A stretch of DNA of 32,000 bases from the NCBI GenBank assembly GCA_046545855.1, contig JBKGYY010000001.1:28305-60304 (forward strand), in the 5' to 3' direction. Source of the stretch: Halobacteriales archaeon. GTDB lineage: Archaea > Halobacteriota > Halobacteria > Halobacteriales > Halorutilaceae. Each line of letters starts with the position of its first letter. The stretch's first letter is position 1. Of the stretch, positions 19,903 to 27,360 are shown piece by piece. A program made the position numbers and the translations under genes. Below the pieces are notes generated by a model. That model worked only from the letters and a program-made list of their open reading frames with translations, had not been told where the DNA came from and ran no database searches.

Positions 19903-20053
19903 GGCTACTTACCCTTTCGAGACGTGAAGCGAAGCGCGCGGGAAGCAAGCTGAGGCGGGCGGTAATGGCTTCCGTCGGGAGTGCGAAGCCGGACGACTGC
20001 CGACGGCCCTCGTCGGTTTCGCGCCTCTAGCCACGTCGTAGGCGCCAACCGGT

Positions 20054-20608
20054 CTACGGCTCGAGAGCCAGCACCCTGAGGACCTCGAAGAAGAACCTGT
20101 CTTCCGCGACCACGCGTGTGTCGAAGCCGTTGGCGCGTGCGCGTGTCTCGACTGCGTCGTGGTCCGCCAGGCTGCTGGTGACGACTAGACCGACGCCGTC
20201 GGACGCGAGAAGCCGCGGGAGGTCGTAGAGGAACCGTAAGGTGGTCTCGACGCCTGTCTCGCCGCCGACGAGCGCCCGTCCCATCGGGTCGTCGGCGGTG
20301 GTGTCCTCGTGTTCCGGGAGGTACGGCGGGTTGAAGCAGACGACGTCGAAAGCGTGGTCCACGCCGGCGGCGAGGTCCGTGAGCACGACTTCGACTCCGC
20401 GTTCTCGCGCGCGGCGCGCGGCCTCTATCTCGACGTCGGTAGCTACGACGCTGTCGACGTGGTCTTCGAGCGTCGCTGCTACGTAGCCGCTCCCCGTGCC
20501 TACCTCGAGAACTTGGTCTCCGGGTTCGACGGCTTCGAGCGCTGTTTCGAGCAACAGGTCGCTGTCCTCGGCGGGCGGGTAGACCCGCGGTCCTTCACTC
20601 GAGCGCAC
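20054..20608 (-). CDS. HemK/PrmC/Mtq2-like SAM-dependent (N5-glutamine) methyltransferase
   Basis: 184 aa. SAM motif VLEVGTGSGYV, catalytic NPPY (CFNPPYLP), and the family-typical N-terminal VYPPAEDSDLL. The GTG start overlaps the ksgA 3' end by 14 nt. Confidence 0.75.
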   Translation of the reverse strand: MRSSEGPRVYPPAEDSDLLLETALEAVEPGDQVLEVGTGSGYVAATLEDHVDSVVATDVEIEAARRARERGVEVVLTDLAAGVDHAFDVVCFNPPYLPEHEDTTADDPMGRALVGGETGVETTLRFLYDLPRLLASDGVGLVVTSSLADHDAVETRARANGFDTRVVAEDRFFFEVLRVLALEP

Positions 20609-21377
20609 GAGTTATCTCGACGTAGTCCTCGGGCGAGAGCGCGTCGGGCCTCCGTCGCAGCAGGCGCTCGGGGAGCGCGTCGACGTCGTCTCTCTCGAGG
20701 TCGGTCATGTGCGTGGTGTTCGCGAGCGCGTTCCTCAGTGTCTTCCGGCGCTGCGTGAACGCCGCGCGGACGACGTCGGCGTGGAGCTCGGCGTCGACGT
20801 CCGGCCTGGCCGCGGGAACGAACTCCGTCACGGCGCTCTCGACCCTGGGCTGGGGTTCGAACGCCGTCGGCGGCACGGTTTCGACGACGTCTACGTCGGC
20901 GTAATACGCCGCGGTCACCGACAGCCTGCCGTAGGCGTCGTCGTCGGGCGTAGCGGCCGCGCGTTCGGCGACCTCTCGCTGGAGAAGGAGGACGAGCGGT
21001 TTGCCGTGCGGGAGCAGTCGGAAGAGCAACGGCGTCGAAGCCGAGTACGGGAGGTTGGAGACGCAGGCGTCGAACTCCGGCAGCCGTACGTCGGTGGCGT
21101 CGCCGTGTACGACCTCTACCTCGGGGAACCGCCGCCGGAGGTGTTCCGCTAGGTCGGCGTCGAGTTCGACGGCGGTGACCTCGTGGTCGCGCGCCAGCCT
21201 CGCGGTGAGGTTGCCGACACCGCCGCCTATCTCGAGCACGTGGTCGGCGTCGTCGGGCGTGCGTTCGGCGACTCGGTCGAGAACGCGGTCGTCTACGAGG
21301 AAGTGCTGGTCTCTGTCGGTGTCGGGTTCGACGCCGGCCTCGTTCATCAGGCTGCGTGTGCTCGGGAGCTGTCTCAT
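20595..21377 (-). CDS. ksgA: 16S rRNA (adenine1518/1519-N6)-dimethyltransferase KsgA/Dim1
   Basis: 260 aa from ATG 21377. DQHFLVDDRVLDRV, SAM motif VLEIGGGVGNLT, and NLPYSASTPLLFRLL. The ATG forms an ATGA overlap with the bdbC-like stop. Confidence 0.9.
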   Translation of the reverse strand: MRQLPSTRSLMNEAGVEPDTDRDQHFLVDDRVLDRVAERTPDDADHVLEIGGGVGNLTARLARDHEVTAVELDADLAEHLRRRFPEVEVVHGDATDVRLPEFDACVSNLPYSASTPLLFRLLPHGKPLVLLLQREVAERAAATPDDDAYGRLSVTAAYYADVDVVETVPPTAFEPQPRVESAVTEFVPAARPDVDAELHADVVRAAFTQRRKTLRNALANTTHMTDLERDDVDALPERLLRRRPDALSPEDYVEITRALE

Positions 21378-21784
21378 CTGCTGGTCGTCACATGTCTCGA
21401 TAGGTAGGCGAGGTTTATAAGTCCGAACGCCGTGAGGCTGAGCTGAGGTATCGTGACGAGGCCGTCGAGGACGTAGACCGGGACGTCGCACGGTACACCG
21501 CCGGTGCAGACGCCTCCGGCTTCGGCGGGCGTCTGCTCCAGGTAGTTGTGGTAGCTGGCCACTACGAAGCCAGGAGCGCTCAGCGGCAGCGCGTAAGCCC
21601 AGGGGTCGTCTCTACGTACGAGCGAGACGCCGAAGACGACGACGAGAGGGTACATTAGTATCCTCTGGTACCAGCAGAGGTCGCAGGGCTCGAGACCCAT
21701 CCCGAGACTGAAGTAGAGGCTGCCGACGGTCGCGACGGCGGCGACCGCGAGAGACAAGTGTCGTTCGTCGACGCTTCGGTCCAT
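21374..21784 (-). CDS. bdbC: DsbB/BdbC-family membrane disulfide oxidoreductase
   Basis: 136 aa from ATG 21784. GSLYFSLGMGLEPCDLCWYQRILMYPLVVV closely matches the BdbC-type CxxCWYQRILMYP signature. There is a second Cys pair (CTGGVPC) and four hydrophobic segments. The upstream part of the track ORF (to 22234) is antisense to the DsbA-like gene. Confidence 0.8.
   Translation of the reverse strand: MDRSVDERHLSLAVAAVATVGSLYFSLGMGLEPCDLCWYQRILMYPLVVVFGVSLVRRDDPWAYALPLSAPGFVVASYHNYLEQTPAEAGGVCTGGVPCDVPVYVLDGLVTIPQLSLTAFGLINLAYLSRHVTTSR
21414..21421 (-). promoter_or_regulatory. Possible internal promoter for ksgA inside the bdbC-like coding sequence
   Basis: The minus strand reads CTTATAAACC and shares TTATAAAC with the strong TATA at 9060-9067. 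It lies about 40 nt upstream of ksgA ATG 21377. Confidence 0.3.
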
Positions 21785-21878
21785 CGCCGGAGGTTGGCCG
21801 GGAGCGGTATTCAAGCTTGGGTAGCGCGTGCGCGGAGACGCGGTCCGGCGTCGTGTCTCCCGGTCAATCTCGACAAGA

Positions 21879-21885
21879 CTTATCT
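21879..21885 (+). promoter_or_regulatory. TATA-like box for the DsbA-like gene
   Basis: CTTATCT is centred about 26 nt upstream of ATG 21908. The mirror element for bdbC (minus strand CTTGAATACC, 21807-21816) lies about 27 nt from ATG 21784. Confidence 0.4.
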
Positions 21886-21907
21886 GAACCGGGAGGCAAG
21901 CCGCCCC

Positions 21908-22741
21908 ATGGGAAGGATAGAGGAGAAGAAGCAAGAGCGCAAGAAGAAGGACAAGGAGGACTCCGACCTGGGGTCCATCCTCGCCGTCGTCGGAATAGTC
22001 GCGATAGTCGGCGTGCTCCTGTGGTTCGTGGTCTCCGGCGGCGGGGCGGCGACCGCTGACCCGTGGGAGGGTGTCACAGTTCTCGAGGACGAAGACCACC
22101 CGACGGTCGTCGCAGAGGACGCGTCGGAGGAGGACGCCGAGGAGATGGTCGAGGTCGTCTACTACACCGACTACGGCTGCCCGCACTGCGCCACCTTCGA
22201 CGAGAACTACAAGGACGAGTTCCTCGAGGACCACGTGGCCTCCGGCGACGTCAAGCTGGTCGTGCGGTCAGTCGACATGACGGACAGCGAGGGAACCGAG
22301 GACGCCTTGAACGCCGGCATGGCGCACTACGCAGCCTGGGAGGTCAGCGCCGAGAACTGGCCGCAGTTCTCGAGCACGGTTTTCCGGAACCAGGCGGGCA
22401 ACCCCGGCTGGGCTAGTCCGGCGAGCCTGGAGGGCTTCGCCGGCGAGATAGACGGACTCGACGGCTCCGAACTCCGCGAGATAGTCGAGTCGGGAGAGTA
22501 CGAGAGCCAGGTGGGCGACAACGTGCGTGAGTTCGAGTCGGCGGGCGTCGGAGGTACGCCGGGCTTCGTCGTCGACGGCGACGAGACGTTCTCCGGAATG
22601 GACGACTCGATATACGACGACCTTTCGGAGGCGATAGAGGAGGCGGGCGACGATGGATCCGAGGGAGGGGACGAGCCGACTCCCGATGAGGGGGGCAACG
22701 AGACCTCGGGTGAAACGGACAACGACACCGACGCTGAGTAG
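21908..22741 (+). CDS. Membrane-anchored DsbA-like thioredoxin-fold thiol:disulfide oxidoreductase
   Basis: 277 aa from ATG 21908. It has a Lys-rich cytoplasmic N-terminus, one TM helix (ILAVVGIVAIVGVLLWFVV), the CPHC active site in YTDYGCPHCATF, a cis-Pro-type GVGGTPGFVV loop, and an acidic low-complexity C-tail. Confidence 0.75.
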   Translation: MGRIEEKKQERKKKDKEDSDLGSILAVVGIVAIVGVLLWFVVSGGGAATADPWEGVTVLEDEDHPTVVAEDASEEDAEEMVEVVYYTDYGCPHCATFDENYKDEFLEDHVASGDVKLVVRSVDMTDSEGTEDALNAGMAHYAAWEVSAENWPQFSSTVFRNQAGNPGWASPASLEGFAGEIDGLDGSELREIVESGEYESQVGDNVREFESAGVGGTPGFVVDGDETFSGMDDSIYDDLSEAIEEAGDDGSEGGDEPTPDEGGNETSGETDNDTDAE

Positions 22742-22843
22742 CCAACGAAGCGGAGTATCCACGGAACTGGGTTCGGTGTCCGTCGAAGCCTCCTCGCGGG
22801 TTACTTGTACGTCTTCATACTGCTAGCCGTCGATTCACAATAG

Positions 22844-22852
22844 ATAAGTAAA
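22844..22852 (+). promoter_or_regulatory. TATA-like box for the cox operon
   Basis: ATAAGTAAA is centred about 25 nt upstream of GTG 22873, within the AT-richest spacer of the window (22835-22870). Confidence 0.45.
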
Positions 22853-22872
22853 GCAGACGAATTATTTCTCCC

Positions 22873-23739
22873 GTGAAAGCGACCGCCACAGAGCCGCTCG
22901 TCTCCCCCATGGCGCACGTCGGCGGCCAGGAGCTGCAGAACCAGGCGGACGTCTTCGACGAGATGTTCACGCTGTTCCTGGTTTTCGGTACCTTAGTGGG
23001 CGTAGTGGTGATATCCTACATGCTCCACAAGGCCTACAGCTACAGGGAGGGGCGAGCGGACGACGACGGTTTCGAAGCACCGACGCTCGGCGAGCTACCT
23101 CGGGGCGCAGACAAAGGCGGCAAGAAGCTGTTCGTGTCTTTCGGTATCAGCGCCGTCATAGTCGTGAGCCTCGTGGCCTTCGCCTACACCGCGCTTCTCT
23201 ACGTCGAAGCGGGGCCCACGGAGCAGGTGGACAGCGAGGAGGTCATAGAGGTGAACGTCACGGCTTTCGCCTTCGGATGGGAGTTCGACTACCCGAACGG
23301 CGAGACTACGTTCAACACGCTCCGCGTGCCCGAGGGCAAGGTAGTCGACCTCACGGTGACGTCGCGGGACGTCTGGCACACGTTCAGCTCGCGGGAGCTA
23401 AACGCCAAGACAGACGCGATACCCGGTCAAGAAAGCGAAACGTGGTTCATAGCCGAGGAAGAAGGCGAGTACAGGGTTGTCTGCGACGAACTCTGCGGCG
23501 ACGGCCACTCGACCATGAACGGAGAGGTGGTCGTGTTGCCCGAGGAAGAGTTCCTCGACTGGTACGAGGAGGAGCTAGACGGTGACCGGGACGAGGTCTA
23601 CGGCGGAGACGTCTCCGAGGTCGGCGGTGTAACCGGCCCGGAGGACGACAACACGTCCGATGAAGGAGACGGGGGAGACGCCGGAGACACCTCCGACGAA
23701 GACACCGACGACGGAAACGGAACACAGGAGGAGAACTAG
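22873..23739 (+). CDS. coxB: Cytochrome c/heme-copper oxidase subunit II (CuA cupredoxin)
   Basis: Two N-terminal TM helices, then a cupredoxin domain with the CuA ligand motif CDELCGDGHSTM and upstream DVWHTF. The start is ambiguous: GTG 22873 fits the TATA spacing, ATG 22909 is the alternative. There is an acidic C-terminal tail. Confidence 0.88.
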   Translation: MKATATEPLVSPMAHVGGQELQNQADVFDEMFTLFLVFGTLVGVVVISYMLHKAYSYREGRADDDGFEAPTLGELPRGADKGGKKLFVSFGISAVIVVSLVAFAYTALLYVEAGPTEQVDSEEVIEVNVTAFAFGWEFDYPNGETTFNTLRVPEGKVVDLTVTSRDVWHTFSSRELNAKTDAIPGQESETWFIAEEEGEYRVVCDELCGDGHSTMNGEVVVLPEEEFLDWYEEELDGDRDEVYGGDVSEVGGVTGPEDDNTSDEGDGGDAGDTSDEDTDDGNGTQEEN

Positions 23740-23742
23740 AAC

Positions 23743-26187
23743 ATGACCGAGAGAGAAAACCCAGAGGTATCGACGGACGGAGGACACGCTCACCTGCCGC
23801 CCGGACACACGGTGAAAAGGTGGCTCGTGACGACGAACCACAAGGACGTAGGGATGCTCTACCTCATCACGTCGCTGTTCTTCTTCGTCTTCGGCGGCGT
23901 GCTAGCCCTGCTCATCCGGCTTCAGCTATGGACGCCGGGTGAGAGCGTGCTCGATGGATTCGGGTACGGTCAGACGGTGACGGCGCACGGACTGTTGATG
24001 GTGTTCTTCTTCCTGTCTCCCGTCGCCATAGGGCTCGCGAACTACATCGTGCCGCTCCAGATAGGCGCGAAGGACCTCGCGTTCCCGAGGCTCAACGCCC
24101 TGAGCTACTGGACCTACCTCGCCGGTGGCTTGCTGTTCGCAGTTTCGTTCTTCCAGGGCGGCAGCATGGAGGCCGGCTGGACGCTCTACAGCCCGCTCGC
24201 GATTCCGGCGTTCACGCCGGAGACGGGTGCAACCACCGTGATACTCGCGCTCGCCGCCTTCCTCATCTCGAACACGATGGGTTCCGTCAACTTCCTGACG
24301 ACGATACACACGATGAAGGCCGACGGCATGGGTCTCTGGAACCTACCGATGTTCACGTGGTCGATACTCCTCACGATATGGATGATGCTGTTCGCGTTCG
24401 CGGCGTTGCTCGCCGCAGTCTACATACTCCTCGCGGACCGAATCGTCGGCAGCCAGTACTTCCTCGCGGAAGAGGGAGGGAGTCTCCTCTGGGGCCACCT
24501 GTTCTGGTTCTTCGGCCACCCGGAGGTCTACATCGTGTTCTTCCCGGCGTTAGGCGTCATGCTCGAGGCGTTCCAGACGTTCACCGGGAAACGTCTCGTG
24601 GGCCGAAAGTGGGTGATAATCGCGATGGTGCTCGTCGCCGTCCAGTCGTTCCTCGTCTGGATGCACCACATGTTCCTGTCGACGATAAACCTCGAGACCA
24701 AGACTGTGATAATGGCGACGACGATAGCTATCTCGCTGCCGTTCGACCTCATGGTCTTCGCGATGATATACACGCTCGTCAAAGGCCGCATCAGGTTCAA
24801 CACGCCGTTCCTGTTCAACTTCGGCGCGCTAGTGCTGTTCATCGTGGGCGGTATAACGGGAGTGTTCCTCGGCGCGATAGCCATCGACTACCAGCTTAGA
24901 GGCACGTACTGGGTCGTCGCTCACTTCCACTACGTCATGGTGGCGGCTGCGATGGCTATCTTCGGCGGTATCTACTACTGGTACCCCAAGATGACCGGGA
25001 GGATGTACGACGAGTTGCTCGGGCGGATCCACTTCGTGTTGTTCTTCGTGGGCTTCAACGGCGTCTACTTCAGCCAGTTCGCCGTCTGGGAGATGCCTCG
25101 ACGGGTTTTCGAGTACTCCACCGACCTCGTGCTCTGGAACCAGATAGGAACGGTCGGAGCGTTCGTGCTCGGCATCTCGATGTTCGTGATGTTCTACAAC
25201 TTAGCTCGGAGCTACTACGCTGGCGAGGAAGTCGACTCCAACCCCTGGGAGTACTCGCGTACCGCGGAGTGGGCCGTCGAGTCGCCGCCGCCGATGGAGA
25301 ACTGGGAGGGCGTCCCGAGCTACGTAGACGGAAACCTAGAGTTCGTCGAAAGCGCTCCCGACGGAGGCCACGCCGAGGTGCACGACGACCACGCGAGCCC
25401 GTGGCCGGTCTTGATCGGCGCTTCGACGTTCCTCTTGTTCCTCGGTCTCTCGGGGATAACGGAGGTAGGCCGGTCGGGCATAGAGAGCGTCTCGACGACT
25501 TACACCGCGGTGACCGGCGTGGGGGCGCTCGCGCTACTCGGTAGCCTGGCGGGCCTCGGCCGCGAGCGCTTCGTCGCTACGGAGCAGGCGCACGGCATGA
25601 AGTGGCCGTTCGACGGCATCGAGAAGACCAAGCTGGGAACCTGGTTCTTCCTGGCGTCGGACGTCATGGTCTTCGGCGCCGTCATAAGCGCGTTCATCTT
25701 CATCCGCGTTCACATGGGCTGGGCGGACTACGAGGTGGTCGCGCCGAACTCGATGAACGGCTTGCTGCCTTCGGAGTCCGCTATCCCGGGCTTCGTGAAC
25801 ACCGTCGTGCTCCTGACGAGCAGCTTCACGGTGATCCTCGCGCTCGTGTTCGCGCGACACAAGCACAAGAGAGGCATGCTGGCGTCGATGGCCGTGACGA
25901 TGGTTCTCGGTCTCACGTTCATGGTGATCAAGTACTTCGAGTGGAGCGAGAAGTTCGCGGACGGACACGGTCCGTCTTACGCGCTCGAGTACAGCGTCTA
26001 CTTCGTGACCACGGGTCTCCACGGCCTCCACGTGCTGCTCGGCATGCTCGTGCTCGGCTTCCTGATGGTCAAGGGCTGGAAGGGGTCGTACATGGAGGAC
26101 CAGCGTGCCGTCGAGAACTTCGGGCTGTACTGGCACTTCGTGGACATAGTCTGGATATTCCTGTTCCCGCTGTTCTACCTGCTCTGA
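23743..26187 (+). CDS. coxAC: Heme-copper oxidase subunit I fused to subunit III
   Basis: 814 aa. Subunit I signatures: WFFGHPEVYIVFFPALG (includes the His-Tyr of A-type oxidases), FLVWMHHMF and VVAHFHYVM. The C-terminal ~260 aa carry subunit III signatures (GTWFFLASDVMVFGAV, YWHFVDIVWIFLFPLFYL). AGGAGGA at 23726-23732 lies upstream of the ATG. Confidence 0.9.
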   Translation: MTERENPEVSTDGGHAHLPPGHTVKRWLVTTNHKDVGMLYLITSLFFFVFGGVLALLIRLQLWTPGESVLDGFGYGQTVTAHGLLMVFFFLSPVAIGLANYIVPLQIGAKDLAFPRLNALSYWTYLAGGLLFAVSFFQGGSMEAGWTLYSPLAIPAFTPETGATTVILALAAFLISNTMGSVNFLTTIHTMKADGMGLWNLPMFTWSILLTIWMMLFAFAALLAAVYILLADRIVGSQYFLAEEGGSLLWGHLFWFFGHPEVYIVFFPALGVMLEAFQTFTGKRLVGRKWVIIAMVLVAVQSFLVWMHHMFLSTINLETKTVIMATTIAISLPFDLMVFAMIYTLVKGRIRFNTPFLFNFGALVLFIVGGITGVFLGAIAIDYQLRGTYWVVAHFHYVMVAAAMAIFGGIYYWYPKMTGRMYDELLGRIHFVLFFVGFNGVYFSQFAVWEMPRRVFEYSTDLVLWNQIGTVGAFVLGISMFVMFYNLARSYYAGEEVDSNPWEYSRTAEWAVESPPPMENWEGVPSYVDGNLEFVESAPDGGHAEVHDDHASPWPVLIGASTFLLFLGLSGITEVGRSGIESVSTTYTAVTGVGALALLGSLAGLGRERFVATEQAHGMKWPFDGIEKTKLGTWFFLASDVMVFGAVISAFIFIRVHMGWADYEVVAPNSMNGLLPSESAIPGFVNTVVLLTSSFTVILALVFARHKHKRGMLASMAVTMVLGLTFMVIKYFEWSEKFADGHGPSYALEYSVYFVTTGLHGLHVLLGMLVLGFLMVKGWKGSYMEDQRAVENFGLYWHFVDIVWIFLFPLFYLL

Positions 26188-26198
26188 GGTGACAAAAG

Positions 26199-26507
26199 AT
26201 GGAAGAAAACTACGACACCGACCTGAACTGGCGCGAGATACTCGCCGAAGGAGAGACGAAGATATACATCGGGGCCTACCTCGGCCTCGTCGTGCTGGCG
26301 TTCGTACAGCTCGGATTGGAGATGAGCGGTATAGCTTACGGCTTGATGTTCGCAGGCATCATGGTGGTCTCGACGGCGAAGACCCTCGTCGTCGTCGCGT
26401 ACTTCCAGCACCTGAAGTGGGAGCCCCGTATCCTCACGTACGTTTACGTGCTGTCGCTCGCAGCCGTGCTGCTGCTGATGTTGGCTGCGGCGTACTCGAT
26501 CACCTGA
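26199..26507 (+). CDS. coxD: Small membrane subunit IV of the cox-type oxidase (prokaryotic COX4 family)
   Basis: 102 aa with three hydrophobic helices and an AKTLVVVAYFQHLKWE motif resembling the (F/Y)MHLK signature of bacterial subunit IV. GAGGTGA at 26186-26192 lies 6 nt before the ATG. Confidence 0.65.
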   Translation: MEENYDTDLNWREILAEGETKIYIGAYLGLVVLAFVQLGLEMSGIAYGLMFAGIMVVSTAKTLVVVAYFQHLKWEPRILTYVYVLSLAAVLLLMLAAAYSIT

Positions 26508-26538
26508 TCTCCGTCGTTCGAACTGACGTCGAGGTCTG

Positions 26539-26547
26539 CTTTTTGTT
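26539..26547 (+). terminator. Oligo-T terminator candidate for the cox operon
   Basis: CTTTTTGTT lies 32 nt after the coxD stop. T5 runs are otherwise very rare in this window. Confidence 0.45.
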
Positions 26548-26606
26548 CGCCGGAGTAGACCGGACGGTTACGTGTAGCGCTACGTTTGGGGGACCGACCG
26601 GGCTTC

Positions 26607-26786
26607 TCAGGAGACGAGGTTGGAGACGGCGAGCGCCACGACTATCGCGCCCACGAGGACGGAGGCCGTCAGCGTCGCGTGTGCGTTGTTGAGTCTGTCT
26701 CGGTAGGCGAGTACACCTGTACCCAGTATGCCGAGCGCCGACAGGCCGACGGCGACGTCGGCGAGAGTGGCTATTACTTCTGACAT
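26607..26786 (-). CDS. Unlisted 59-aa two-helix membrane micro-protein
   Basis: My translation of the minus strand: MSEVIATLADVAVGLSALGILGTGVLAYRDRLNNAHATLTASVLVGAIVVALAVSNLVS*. It has two clear hydrophobic helices, GC3-rich codons with ATA for Ile like its neighbours, and a minus-strand GCTTAATACC box (26814-26823) about 33 nt upstream. It falls below the 60-aa track cutoff. Confidence 0.4.
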   Translation of the reverse strand: MSEVIATLADVAVGLSALGILGTGVLAYRDRLNNAHATLTASVLVGAIVVALAVSNLVS

Positions 26787-26838
26787 GGTCTTCTCCCCGT
26801 AGTTGTGTCTCTCGGGTATTAAGCTTGTTCGAAAGCGG

Positions 26839-27348
26839 CTACCGCCGGCGTATCTCGCCTGCGTTGTGTCTGTTGCTGGCTTCTCCCATCGCGGCCTCTA
26901 TCTCGGCGAGTACCTCGGTTATCTCGGCCTGAAGATGTCTCTGGGCTATCGATAGCTCGTTCTCTATCTTCTCGAGGCGTTCGAGGCGTTCGACGAGGTC
27001 GTCGAGGTCGGAGTTGGCGTCGGCGACGGGTTGTTCTATCTCGACGTAGTCGTAGTCGTTGGATATCTTCCGGGGGTAGGCGCTCTTCATGCCGAACGAG
27101 TAGGGCGTGACGTTGACTTCGAGACGCAGGCTCCGGGTTATGTTGAAGTACTTCCGGCGGCGGTCGTCGACGGTGCTCTCGATGAGTCCCGCCTGTTCGA
27201 GCATCTCCAGGTGGTCGATGACGGCCTTCGGTGACACGCCTATGTGGTCGCTTATCTCGGTTACGTAGCAGGGTTTCCGGGAGAGCAGTTCGAGTATGTG
27301 GCGTCGGTTCTCGTTACCGAGTATGTCTAGTAGTTCGGACGAGTCCAA
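26839..27348 (-). CDS. ArsR-family winged-helix regulator with extra beta-rich middle region and C-terminal coiled coil
   Basis: 169 aa. ILGNENRRHILELLSRKPCYVTEISDHIGVSPKAVIDHLEMLEQAGLI is a canonical ArsR HTH. The C-terminal DLDDLVERLERLEKIENELSIAQRHLQAEITEVLAEIE has a heptad-like pattern. A TTG start is the only start codon available after the in-frame stop, and it is preceded by GGAGG. Confidence 0.7.
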   Translation of the reverse strand: MDSSELLDILGNENRRHILELLSRKPCYVTEISDHIGVSPKAVIDHLEMLEQAGLIESTVDDRRRKYFNITRSLRLEVNVTPYSFGMKSAYPRKISNDYDYVEIEQPVADANSDLDDLVERLERLEKIENELSIAQRHLQAEITEVLAEIEAAMGEASNRHNAGEIRRR

Positions 27349-27355
27349 CGTCTTG

Positions 27356-27360
27356 CCTCC
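27356..27360 (-). promoter_or_regulatory. Shine-Dalgarno (GGAGG) for the TTG-initiated ArsR-like gene
   Basis: The minus strand reads AAGGGAGGCAAGACG-TTG, giving a 7-nt spacer. A TATA-like CTTTTAACC (27385-27393) about 41 nt upstream of the TTG implies a short (roughly 15-nt) leader. Confidence 0.45.

Noticed and set aside
19965-20030. 21-aa ORF (MASVGSAKPDDCRRPSSVSRL) and a 9-aa GTG ORF at 19924 in the purNH/hemK-like spacer.
   Set aside because: They are too short and featureless to support as coding. The region is reported only as a candidate non-coding RNA or structured element.
21785-22234. Upstream 150 codons of the 286-aa minus-strand ORF containing the bdbC-like gene.
   Set aside because: The extension is antisense to the well-supported DsbA-like gene, has a Leu/Val/Arg low-complexity translation, and crosses the divergent promoter region.
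26574-26583. 10-nt perfect palindrome GTAGCGCTAC between the convergent coxD and micro-ORF 3' ends.
   Set aside because: It is short enough to occur by chance, has no loop, and has no adjacent T-run on either strand. It is insufficient to call a terminator or binding site.
26586-26783. 65-aa plus-strand track ORF in the coxD/ArsR spacer.
   Set aside because: Its Gly/Arg/Asp-rich translation has no start context. The opposite strand encodes a much more protein-like two-helix membrane peptide, so I called that one instead (still only at moderate confidence).
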